From the NCBI GenBank assembly GCA_002104905.1, contig MCFE01000192.1, positions 62,001 through 126,000 of the forward strand: a stretch of 64,000 nucleotides of DNA. Reading direction: 5' to 3'. The notes beneath the pieces were generated by a model that made no database searches, was not told the origin of the DNA, and worked only from the letters and a program-made list of their open reading frames with translations. This DNA is from Basidiobolus meristosporus CBS 931.73 (lineage: Eukaryota > Fungi > Basidiobolomycota). This document shows positions 11,405 to 21,915 of the stretch, piece by piece (within the stretch, counting starts at the first letter, position 1; every line of letters starts with the position of its first letter). The position numbers were made by a program, and so were the translations under genes.

Positions 11405-11460
11405 ATTTGAAACCTAGATCTGAAGAATTTTGATTGATTATTTGGTTGAAATTTAAGGGT

Positions 11461-11468
11461 TATTTATA
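11461..11468 (-). promoter_or_regulatory. TATA box, copy 4
   Basis: TATAAATA 57 nt upstream of the ATG. Confidence 0.6.
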
Positions 11469-12289
11469 TTATTATATGCTAGAGCCACATCCCAATATTG
11501 GGAGTGTGGAATTGAATCAATATTCCAAATAAAGCAAGGAATTTACAGTGCGACACACGCTTTTGGACGGAAAATGGATCTCAATCAAACCTAAATGAAT
11601 GATTCTAGAATCATACATCAATGAAACAAGATTGCTCCAGACAAAAGCGCGCCAAAAGGAGCTCTACCAGGGAACATTAATTTATTTACTATCACTAATT
11701 ATGGTTGCCCACCTCTAACTCTATTTCTCAACTGAGGGGAAGTATACCAACCCAAACAGTATTGTATATATCTGTATATGAACCTATGTAACGAGTTTGT
11801 CTATTTATCTTGTCAGGAGAGTTATAGAACGATCTTGGTATTGCCAAAAAGGTTAAGTGTCTTAGTTGTTGAAAGAATACATGTTCGTACCCCCTTCAAT
11901 AGCTTTGAAAGATACGTTCAACGCGATGGCTACGCGTGTACTGAAAATCACACTTGCTTCGAAATGTATAGTCACATGTGTCTTGCATTGGGGTGTTAGG
12001 ATACAAACAGATTCTAGTATCACAACCATCATCTGAAACGCTTCATGCCGATAGTTACTAGATGAAATTATGAATGTTCTTAATACAGGAAAAAACAACC
12101 CGTTACATGAGTAATTATGAATGCACCTCGCGTTAGTTCAGTGTATTTTATTCGTTGCATAAAATTATAAGCATATGTATTATTACATACCATTACATTG
12201 ATATTTGTAGTAAGTCCTTGACTATTTCTTTGAGTGTATGGCATTTGGGTAATAACAAAGTGAAACGAATAATTCATAGTTTTGATTGT

Positions 12290-12510
12290 GGAATTGGTAG
12301 CTCAAAAGGTGTATGTGGGGACGAGCTTGGGCATCAACATCGAAGGGATTGGGCCAAGGCCGATAGCGAAGGTGGCCACAAAGAGCATCACAGCGACAAC
12401 CATGAGTGTGTTGCCGGATGGTCTAATGAACCCAAAGGTGATAATGGTCTCCTAAATGTAAGCAAGGAGAGAGAACATGATTACCTTGGTCTTTCAAGTA
12501 GCAATATCGC
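12290..12510 (-). pseudogene. Internally deleted sugar porter relic
   Basis: About 12330-12413 closely matches the NTLMVVAVMLFVATFAIGLGPIP-coding DNA. 12435-12510 resembles the N-terminal DITTCDSK..PYIW region, joined with most of the gene missing. Confidence 0.75.
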
Positions 12511-13315
12511 AGCTGTATATCGTTATATCCAGCATCATCGGAAGTTACAGATAATAAAGGTGGAATGATATTCCAGGCGATGAAGATTCTATCTGCTTGT
12601 GAATGCATAGTAAGCACTTGATCGTACAGATCGTTCGAAAACCAGGTATTCCTCAAATGACTGTTCCACGCTTTAAGTAGGTTTAATTTCTCCGGATTTG
12701 GATGATTCCAAATTATGGATTTTTCCTCATAATGGAACTATCAATGGACAAGCGTTATGTAGCAAAGGGGTGGGGGGGGGCTATATATGTAATAATGCTT
12801 CCAAAGTTGGTTTTTAAATTTGATTTTGCTCGATATATGATGATGCACTCGCTCAAGAAGGGCGATCGGTATTAGAATAGATAGACCACTGGGAATTTAT
12901 CGGGATGAATCTTGCGGATACGAAAAAGCCATCCAGGAGATCCTGTCCCATCCAGATGTAGCATTATTCTGAATCCTTGCAGTATTCGTTAGATGAATTT
13001 GCCATCCATGAACTGATCACCATATCGTGTTTCTTGGATCAACATCAGAGATGGCAAATGAATGAAGGAATTAAATATCTACACAGTGAATCCCAAGAGG
13101 TATGTTCAATTCAGATAATTATCTATACAACTGGAGTGCCACAAACTGTAGCATGAGAATCAGTATTCGAAGAATAATGGGCGTCGGCCAACAGTAGCAA
13201 CCAATTTTTAAAAACGTATGGTGATTTCCAAATTATCAACGCGAAAAACGTTCAACTTCGAAAAGCAAATTATGATTGAATGTCAGGTTACCATAAACAA
13301 TTTAAATCAAGCATG

Positions 13316-13328
13316 TTTATTATGTACA
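13316..13328 (-). terminator. Putative polyadenylation signal, copy 5
   Basis: TGTACATAATAAA on the minus strand. Confidence 0.55.
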
Positions 13329-13373
13329 AAGCTGTTTGCTACTAGTGGATTGCATAAACTGTTAAAATACTGA

Positions 13374-14783
13374 TCACTCTTTAACCATCTCATTAGGATT
13401 GCGACCTTTGGTCTCCGGGACCAGGAAGAAGGTGTACGCAATACCAAGGGCACAAATGATTGCATAGGGAAGGAAGGAGTAGTCACCAAGTGCATCCTTC
13501 ATTGGAGGGAAGGTTTGACCAATGACGAAGTTGAACAGCCAGTTGACGGCAGTAGCAGTGGAGCTGGCAGCTCCGATGGCATAGGTGGGAATGAGCTCAG
13601 GCATCAACATCCAGGGGATGGGACCAAGGCCGACAGCGAAGGTAGCCACAAAGAGCATCACAGCGACAACCATGAGTGTGTTGACCCCATAGATGGAGGC
13701 AATCACAATCAGCACTGAGCACACGCACATCCCAATACCACTGGTGTACAACAATGGCTTTCTGCCAACACGGTCGATCAGGGCTACCGAGACGAGGGTC
13801 ATCACCAGGTTGAGGCATCCGACACCGACTGTGACATACTGGGAGTTGTCCACACCGAAGATGTCGTTGAAGATGTTGGTGGAGTAGAAGATGACACTGT
13901 TGATGCCGGAGAGCTGTTGGTAGGCGTGCATGATCATGGCAACGATGAAGAGCTTGCGAAGTCTGAAGTTCTTGAGCACCTGGACAATGTTGAGTGTGTC
14001 CTCCTTGCTCTCCTCACTGCGGGCAGCGCTGGTCAGCTCGTTGAACTCGTTGTCAATCACACATCCGCTGCGGAGCTTTTGCAGGGCAATTCTGGCCTCG
14101 TCGACCTTGTTCTTGGACAACAGATAGCCTGGGGTCTCAGTGCAGAATGGCAACAGGATCACTTGGAGGATGGGAGGGAAGATGGCAATGCCGAACAAGT
14201 ATCTCCATCCTGGAACGCTGGTCAACCCAAGGCCGGCGCAGTTGGCAGCCAAGATACCGATGACCATGAACAGCTGGTACATGGTACCGAGGATACCACG
14301 AGCACCTGAGGTGGAGATCTCGGCAACATACATCGGGGCCACCACCGAACCAGCACCGCAAGCAATACCAATGATCACACGACCGGCCACGAACTGGGCC
14401 ACGGTGGTAGCAGTGGCCACGAGGATGGCACCAGCGATGAAGAAGAAGTTGTTGAACAGCAGGGTCCACTTACGGCCGAATTTGTTGGCAGCTGGGCCGG
14501 CACTAAGGCCACCAACGAGACCACCAATGGCGAGGATACCTACGGCAAGGCCCCAAGTACCAGACGACATGGGAAGACAGGCAGGGAGGCCACCATCACC
14601 ATGGGCACTCATGTCACAGTTTCTGATGACTGACTCGGGAGTGTTGGGGGCGGCGCTATTGAATCCAGCGGCGAATGAAGCCAAGGCAGCGGTGATACCG
14701 CACAGCCAAATGTAAGGAGTGAACTTGATGTCCTTAGAGTCACAAGTAGTAATATCGGAGTTGTGGATCTTTTTGTCTGACAT
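13374..14783 (-). CDS. GLUT-like sugar porter, copy 5 (469 aa)
   Basis: Intact ORF, MSDKK-type N-terminus. Confidence 0.96.
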   Translation of the reverse strand: MSDKKIHNSDITTCDSKDIKFTPYIWLCGITAALASFAAGFNSAAPNTPESVIRNCDMSAHGDGGLPACLPMSSGTWGLAVGILAIGGLVGGLSAGPAANKFGRKWTLLFNNFFFIAGAILVATATTVAQFVAGRVIIGIACGAGSVVAPMYVAEISTSGARGILGTMYQLFMVIGILAANCAGLGLTSVPGWRYLFGIAIFPPILQVILLPFCTETPGYLLSKNKVDEARIALQKLRSGCVIDNEFNELTSAARSEESKEDTLNIVQVLKNFRLRKLFIVAMIMHAYQQLSGINSVIFYSTNIFNDIFGVDNSQYVTVGVGCLNLVMTLVSVALIDRVGRKPLLYTSGIGMCVCSVLIVIASIYGVNTLMVVAVMLFVATFAVGLGPIPWMLMPELIPTYAIGAASSTATAVNWLFNFVIGQTFPPMKDALGDYSFLPYAIICALGIAYTFFLVPETKGRNPNEMVKE

Positions 14784-14838
14784 TGTTGTGATTCTGATGC
14801 GAAGTACTTTGAATGATTAAGCATATCAGTGGCTATGA

Positions 14839-14846
14839 TATTTATA
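14839..14846 (-). promoter_or_regulatory. TATA box, copy 5
   Basis: TATAAATA 56 nt upstream of the ATG. Confidence 0.6.
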
Positions 14847-15614
14847 TTCATGGTGATCATTCCAATATATGAACCAGAACCTGCAACAAAGGTCGCACGA
14901 GCCGATCAAGTGGTACGAAACAATCCCGAACACCACATTTAGATTCGGAATGACTGTGCCTCGCCGATTTCAGCGAAGAAAAATTTTATTTCATTTTGCC
15001 TTTTATGAGTATTCTAGAAATCCATTACAGTGGAGTAGTGAAACAACTTCACTCCAGTTCAAATACTCTCTTTATGGAAGTATGCCCAATGGTCAACATA
15101 ATATTCCAGGCCGTGCACAGAGATCCGCTACCTATTGGTGAGTGTTTCACAACGGAGTTGCCATGATTAGTTCCTATATTGAGATTGAACTTTAACCATA
15201 GATGTGAGTTCGCAATTGTCTCAGTACGATTGGGTTATCATGGTCGAGAGCCATTGTTTCCAGAGTTACCTGGTCCCTTAAATATCTGAAAGAATATGTA
15301 TTTGGAAGAACGGGAGATTTCGCAATTCCCATAAACTGAATTCCTTGATTGTTGGGTAGACTATTCCTACTGAGACATTTTACCTGTTGCATATTGAACG
15401 GAGTCACCCAAAATTTGGTTCCATTTAGGCATGGCTACTAAATTCAAACCATGAATTTGATCTTCAATGCGACGATATTGAGAAACAAATACCTTTGTTC
15501 AGCCACGTTGTTGAGTAATACGACATAGCCACTGAACCTCCCATACGCTCCATACCATCTCATTTTGACTGACATTCTAACATCACAAAGGTATATGTAT
15601 GTTTATAAGATAGG

Positions 15615-15627
15615 TTTATTATTTACA
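15615..15627 (-). terminator. Putative polyadenylation signal, copy 6
   Basis: TGTAAATAATAAA on the minus strand. Confidence 0.55.
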
Positions 15628-15722
15628 TAGTGTTGGTGACCGATTAGCATGCTTGGATATTGATTTGTGAGTTACACGATGAGTAGTAGCTCGGTCACCA
15701 TCGTATTAGGACTATTAGATCC

Positions 15723-17132
15723 TCATTGCTTCACCATCTCATTGGGATTGCGACCCTTAGTCTCGGGTACCAAGAAGAAGGTGTACAAAATACCAAGAGC
15801 GCAAATGATTGCATAGGGAAGGAAGGAGTAGTCACCAAGTGCGTCCTTCATTGGAGGGAAGGTTTGGCCAATGACAAAGTTGAACAACCAGTTGACGGCA
15901 GTGGCAGTGGAGCTGGCAGCTCCGATGGCATAGGTGGGAATGAGCTCAGGCATCAACATCCAGGGGATTGGACCAAGGCCGACAGCGAAGGTAGCCACAA
16001 AGAGCATCACAGCGACAACCATGAGTGTGTTGACCCCATAGATGGAGGCAATCACAATCAGCACTGAGCACACGCACATGCCAATACCACTGGTGTACAA
16101 CAATGGCTTTCTGCCAACACGGTCGATCAGGGCTACCGAGACGAGGGTCATCACCAGGTTGAGGCACCCGACACCGACTGTGACATACTGGGAGTTGTCC
16201 ACACCGAAGATGTCGTTGAAGATGTTGGTGGAGTAGAAGATGACACTGTTGATGCCGGAGAGCTGTTGGTAGGCGTGCATGATCATGGCAACGATGAAGA
16301 GCTTGCGAAGTCTGAAGTTCTTGAGCACCTGGACAATGTTGAGTGTGTCCTCCTTGCTCTCCTCACTGCGAGCAGCGCTGGTCAGCTCGTTGAACTCGTT
16401 GTCAATCACACATCCGCTGCGGAGCTTTTGCAGAGCAATTCTGGCCTCGTCGACCTTGTTCTTGGACAAGAGGTAGCCTGGGGTCTCAGTGCAGAATGGC
16501 AACAGGATCACTTGGAGGATGGGAGGGAAGATGGCAATGCCGAACAAGTATCTCCATCCTGGAACACTGGTCAACCCGAGACCGGCACAGTTGGCAGCCA
16601 AGATACCGATGACCATGAACAGCTGGTACATGGTACCGAGGATACCACGAGCACCTGAGGTGGAGATCTCGGCAACATACATCGGGGCCACCACCGAACC
16701 AGCACCGCAAGCAATACCAATGATCACACGACCGGCCACGAACTGGGCCACGGTGGTAGCAGTGGCCACGAGGATGGCACCAGCGATGAAGAAGAAGTTG
16801 TTGAACAGCAGGGTCCACTTACGGCCGAATCTGTTGGCAGCTGGACCGGCACTGAGACCACCAACGAGACCACCAATGGCAAGGATACCTACGGCAAGGC
16901 CCCAAGTACCAGACGACATGGGAAGACAGGCAGGGAGGCCACCATCACCATGGGCACTCATGTCACAGTTTCTGATGACTGACTCGGGAGTGTTGGGGGC
17001 GGCGCTATTGAATCCAGCGGCGAATGAAGCCAAGGCAGCGGTGATGCCGCACAGCCAAATGTAAGGAGTGAACTTGATGTCCTTAGAGTCACAAGTAGTA
17101 ATATCGGAGTTGTGGATCTTCTTGTCTGACAT
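15723..17132 (-). CDS. GLUT-like sugar porter, copy 6 (469 aa)
   Basis: Intact ORF; protein identical to copy 7 in the ORF track. Confidence 0.96.
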   Translation of the reverse strand: MSDKKIHNSDITTCDSKDIKFTPYIWLCGITAALASFAAGFNSAAPNTPESVIRNCDMSAHGDGGLPACLPMSSGTWGLAVGILAIGGLVGGLSAGPAANRFGRKWTLLFNNFFFIAGAILVATATTVAQFVAGRVIIGIACGAGSVVAPMYVAEISTSGARGILGTMYQLFMVIGILAANCAGLGLTSVPGWRYLFGIAIFPPILQVILLPFCTETPGYLLSKNKVDEARIALQKLRSGCVIDNEFNELTSAARSEESKEDTLNIVQVLKNFRLRKLFIVAMIMHAYQQLSGINSVIFYSTNIFNDIFGVDNSQYVTVGVGCLNLVMTLVSVALIDRVGRKPLLYTSGIGMCVCSVLIVIASIYGVNTLMVVAVMLFVATFAVGLGPIPWMLMPELIPTYAIGAASSTATAVNWLFNFVIGQTFPPMKDALGDYSFLPYAIICALGILYTFFLVPETKGRNPNEMVKQ

Positions 17133-19099
17133 ACTTAAAACTAGAATGGAAAACCTTTGATGATACTTAGCTATATAAATAAGATACTCATCTCAGGTGC
17201 AAGGGCTAGAATTAGATGAATTAACAATTAATAGTGTACCGTATATGTGATTAATCTTGCCATATTTGTACGGATCTAGAAATAACGAGATACTGAATTT
17301 GAGTTTACTGGGCTTCACCTTTAATTTCCGGATTTGTTCGGAGTTCATTTGGTTTTGTACTTTTGCCACTACGTTGTGATCCACCTCACCAATGAATCTA
17401 CCTCTTTGGATTAGAGTGTTGTTAGTGGCTTGTTGGTCTTTGCTACATTTAGATGGTGAGAATGTGTTTTATCTCAGCTGGATAACTTGACCTGGATAAA
17501 TTTGATACATATCTCCTGGGATCTTCGGAGATTGGAATGTACTATGACTGTGATTTATGTACAGTGTACTGAAGGATAGCCAGCTCATCATACACAGTGC
17601 TTGGCTAATCGAAGAAAGCGTACTGAGATCAATACATTACAGGGGGAAGGTCCAAATTATCAATTCTCAGCATTCTTGAAGTTATTTTGGGGTCGACCAG
17701 TCCAGATATTCAATTTTTGAAGTTATTCGTGTATCTAAAATTGGCATTTAGGTTTAACGTTGTATTGTGATGATCTGACGTGTAATGTTGCGCCAAACCC
17801 TTACGATGTGTTTTTTGTGATACTTTATATGCAGCCAATAGGACCTTGTAGTTTAAAACCTTCAATATCCGGAATAACCATGTACAGCATATCATCGGTT
17901 GAGTTCTACCCCTGGCCACCCCTTGCCTAGAGTATGAATCGATGCTTTAGTCGCTCATGCATGAACTATGGTAATGCCTGAAGTTCTGGCCAAAATATAC
18001 TATATTTCGATCGATATATTAGAGTTTGTTACTGTATAGAGGAAGCATACCCTTTGTTGGTGCGACCTTTTCATGATTGCATATCTTTCTGTGTATATAC
18101 GGACCATCTAGTTTCAACTGCCATATGATCCTGTATCTAGCAATACCAGTGGCTTGAATTAAGTAGTAGGCAACAATATGGTTAAGTATAGTTTTGGCGC
18201 TAGGTCTAGGTTCGTAGGACCTACAAACGAGTGGTCAAAAATTGCTTATCCTACTGTTTCTTCATCCATGTCGTGTGTTGAGTGCTGCATATCAAAGAAG
18301 AACTGTAAATGAACTTGTCGATAACCTCCGTGTAGTTGCATAATATGCAGTTTTTACTAATATTACTACTGGAGCCTAGCTTTTCAAGACATACAATCGA
18401 TCCTTTCACGTTACAAACGAAATATTGACTTTGAAAGTTTGGAAACAACACCAAGTGATATACTCCCATACTTTTTCAATCATTTAGGATTCCGCCTCAA
18501 AGTACAGTTTACTAAACGTAAATAGTCGAAGGTATCCATCGTACTGATGTATCTTCCACTCTACAAGAACTCACAGACTCTAACTATCTTTGATATACTT
18601 GTCCACATGCATTTGATGAACCCTACTAGGTTTTTACGTATCGGTGCAATGATACCTTACGAAAAGTGAGTATTCAAATAACGGTGTGTTTTCTGGAGCG
18701 CTTATTCAAGTAGAACAAACCCTACCGGGTAAGTCTCAATAATACCTTCACTCTAACGCACTGATACCTTCTATTTTAGAGAGCTCATTTTACCTTTACA
18801 AATCCCACTAATGGTTCGCCAAAGTAGTGAGGAATTATATCACATTTGGCGCAATGTTTCTTTCATTTTATAAATACGGTAATTGCTATTTAACTACACT
18901 CGGCACGCACTCGATATGGCAATTGGCTTTGGAGCACATTCCATTAAAGGAACGAATCCTTGATTCTGGAATCATCCAAATCTGGAGGAATCAATCCTAC
19001 CTAGAGCATACATGAGTAATTTGGGTAATAGTCGGGCTTTTGAGCGCCTCATGCAGGTATATTTCATTTTCCATTACACTTGGACGAAAAGATTGCTAC

Positions 19100-19107
19100 T
19101 ATAAATA
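19100..19107 (+). promoter_or_regulatory. TATA box, copy 7
   Basis: TATAAATA 58 nt upstream of the ATG. Confidence 0.6.
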
Positions 19108-19164
19108 CCAGATCATCATTGGTCTTGAGCATCATTCAACAATTATTACTTCTTACCTACTGAA

Positions 19165-20574
19165 ATGTCAGACAAGAAGATCCACAACTCCGATATTACT
19201 ACTTGTGACTCTAAGGACATCAAGTTCACTCCTTACATTTGGTTGTGCGGTATCACCGCTGCCTTGGCTTCATTCGCCGCTGGATTCAATAGCGCCGCCC
19301 CCAACACTCCCGAGTCAGTCATCAGAAACTGTGACATGAGTGCCCATGGTGATGGTGGCCTCCCTGCCTGTCTTCCCATGTCGTCTGGTACTTGGGGCCT
19401 TGCCGTAGGTATCCTCGCCATTGGTGGTCTCGTTGGTGGCCTTAGTGCCGGTCCAGCTGCCAACAGATTCGGCCGTAAGTGGACCCTGCTGTTCAACAAC
19501 TTCTTCTTCATCGCTGGTGCCATCCTCGTGGCCACTGCCACCACCGTGGCCCAGTTCGTGGCCGGTCGTGTGATCATTGGTATTGCTTGCGGTGCTGGCT
19601 CTGTGGTCGCCCCGATGTATGTTGCCGAGATCTCCACCTCAGGTGCTCGTGGTATCCTCGGTACCATGTACCAGCTGTTCATGGTCATCGGTATCTTGGC
19701 TGCCAACTGTGCCGGTCTCGGGTTGACCAGTGTTCCAGGATGGAGATACTTGTTCGGCATTGCCATCTTCCCTCCCATCCTCCAAGTGATCCTGTTGCCA
19801 TTCTGCACTGAGACCCCAGGCTATCTGTTGTCCAAGAACAAGGTCGACGAGGCCAGAATTGCCCTGCAAAAGCTCCGCAGCGGATGTGTGATTGACAACG
19901 AGTTCAACGAGCTGACCAGCGCTGCTCGCAGTGAGGAGAGCAAGGAGGACACACTCAACATTGTCCAGGTGCTCAAGAACTTCAGACTTCGCAAGCTCTT
20001 CATCGTTGCCATGATCATGCACGCCTACCAACAGCTCTCCGGCATCAACAGTGTCATCTTCTACTCCACCAACATCTTCAACGACATCTTCGGTGTGGAC
20101 AACTCCCAGTATGTCACAGTCGGTGTCGGGTGCCTCAACCTGGTGATGACCCTCGTCTCGGTAGCCCTGATCGACCGTGTTGGCAGAAAGCCATTGTTGT
20201 ACACCAGTGGTATTGGCATGTGCGTGTGCTCAGTGCTGATTGTGATTGCCTCCATCTATGGGGTCAACACACTCATGGTTGTCGCTGTGATGCTCTTTGT
20301 GGCTACCTTCGCTGTCGGCCTTGGTCCAATCCCCTGGATGTTGATGCCTGAGCTCATTCCCACCTATGCCATCGGAGCTGCCAGCTCCACTGCCACTGCC
20401 GTCAACTGGCTGTTCAACTTTGTCATTGGCCAAACCTTCCCTCCAATGAAGGACGCACTTGGTGACTACTCCTTCCTTCCCTATGCAATCATTTGCGCTC
20501 TTGGTATTTTGTACACCTTCTTCTTGGTACCCGAGACTAAGGGTCGCAATCCTAATGAGATGGTGAAACAATGA
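19165..20574 (+). CDS. GLUT-like sugar porter, copy 7 (469 aa), divergent from copy 6
   Basis: Intact ORF on the opposite strand. Confidence 0.96.
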   Translation: MSDKKIHNSDITTCDSKDIKFTPYIWLCGITAALASFAAGFNSAAPNTPESVIRNCDMSAHGDGGLPACLPMSSGTWGLAVGILAIGGLVGGLSAGPAANRFGRKWTLLFNNFFFIAGAILVATATTVAQFVAGRVIIGIACGAGSVVAPMYVAEISTSGARGILGTMYQLFMVIGILAANCAGLGLTSVPGWRYLFGIAIFPPILQVILLPFCTETPGYLLSKNKVDEARIALQKLRSGCVIDNEFNELTSAARSEESKEDTLNIVQVLKNFRLRKLFIVAMIMHAYQQLSGINSVIFYSTNIFNDIFGVDNSQYVTVGVGCLNLVMTLVSVALIDRVGRKPLLYTSGIGMCVCSVLIVIASIYGVNTLMVVAVMLFVATFAVGLGPIPWMLMPELIPTYAIGAASSTATAVNWLFNFVIGQTFPPMKDALGDYSFLPYAIICALGILYTFFLVPETKGRNPNEMVKQ

Positions 20575-20631
20575 AGATCTTGCGCAGATTTCAAGCCCAC
20601 CTGTGTACCTTTGACTAATTATAATCCATAC

Positions 20632-20644
20632 TGTAAATAATAAA
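20632..20644 (+). terminator. Putative polyadenylation signal, copy 7
   Basis: TGTAAATAATAAA downstream of the stop codon. Confidence 0.55.
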
Positions 20645-21915
20645 TTCTGTCACCAGCACAACGATAACAAGATCCCACAGATTTGCTTAGAATAGTATTG
20701 AAGTACAGTATTTCACCAGTGATAACACTTGGTATTTCTCCAATTGCTATGTATCCCGCACCATAAATAAGAATAGAGGCTTATAGGACAGAACTACTCT
20801 TCCAGGTGCTCCAAAATGTTGGTGCCTACCAAAAAAATCAAAACACTCATACATTTACCAACACTAATATAGCTATGAAAGTTGTCGAGTCTTGGTCCAC
20901 TACTCACTTAGTACGGGGCTTCGGACCTAAACATACCCCATTGTTCAGAAAAGCGGAAGTATTCGGGTGATAGAGAAATTTTGGATCCGCCATTCAACTT
21001 TTTAAAACCCTTCAAAACGGACTGACCCGGCCAACTACGAGTATTTACCCAATGTAAAGCAATCCTCGTGTCAGAAAGTAATCTGGATGCTAGATCCATT
21101 CCACATGCCACCACATCAGTTATTTTATGGATGAAAATGCTGGTGATTGGGAATGGATCAAATCAGTGTGCCAACTATCAATCAGAATTCACACGAATGA
21201 TTTGCTATCGCTCTCCGTAATACAGGACTACGAGGCAACAGGGCGAGCAGAGATGCTTTACTTAAGACTGTTGGCAATACGGAAAATCATGAGGAAGACG
21301 AAATAACGGCATTCTGTCTCCAACCAGGTGAAAATGAGTATTATTGCGCAACCTTGGATAATGAAACAAAGTGAATCTCCACTTATAAATCACTTGCATC
21401 AAGCACATGTGTGTGGGGCGTATCTTTCCTCAAGACACATGGTTCAGCCATTGTTTCATGCTACTCCGTCCCTTGGGCAGAATGACATCGAGCGCCTAAA
21501 CAGGGTGGCAGATCCATGTCTCAATGACCAAAAATTTCCGAAGCGCATATATATAGGACGCAAAGATCAGCAGCAGCTCAATATGCATCCTTTCAGATGA
21601 TGAATCCCTTTGGTCATCACTTTGTAGGATTCGAACGAAATGATAGGCTGCAGAGGATGTTTTAATCATGCCTCACAAACTGTACCACCGATCAGGAAAC
21701 CACCTGTCTCTTGAAACCGCCCTCACTACCAGGTTTTGAAATGCGCTGAAACTGTTTTCGGTTGTTGAAATGAAACAGCTTCCTAAATAGTAAAGATGCA
21801 GGGTGGATTGTAGCGGTAAGCGGGAAGCGCGAATACAGGAACTCAGCCATTAGCATAAAAGGAACCCAATCTTGCTTCGAAATCCTGATCAATTCACCAT
21901 ACAATTATTAGTGAC

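Noticed and set aside
4446-11565. Shared 13-mer ACACACGCTTTTG near 4446 and 11553
   Set aside because: A few such matches are expected by chance in 23 kb, and the positions relative to genes differ.
12767-12780. G-run GGGGTGGGGGGGGG as a G-quadruplex
   Set aside because: A single short homopolymer without four spaced G-tracts; no supporting context.
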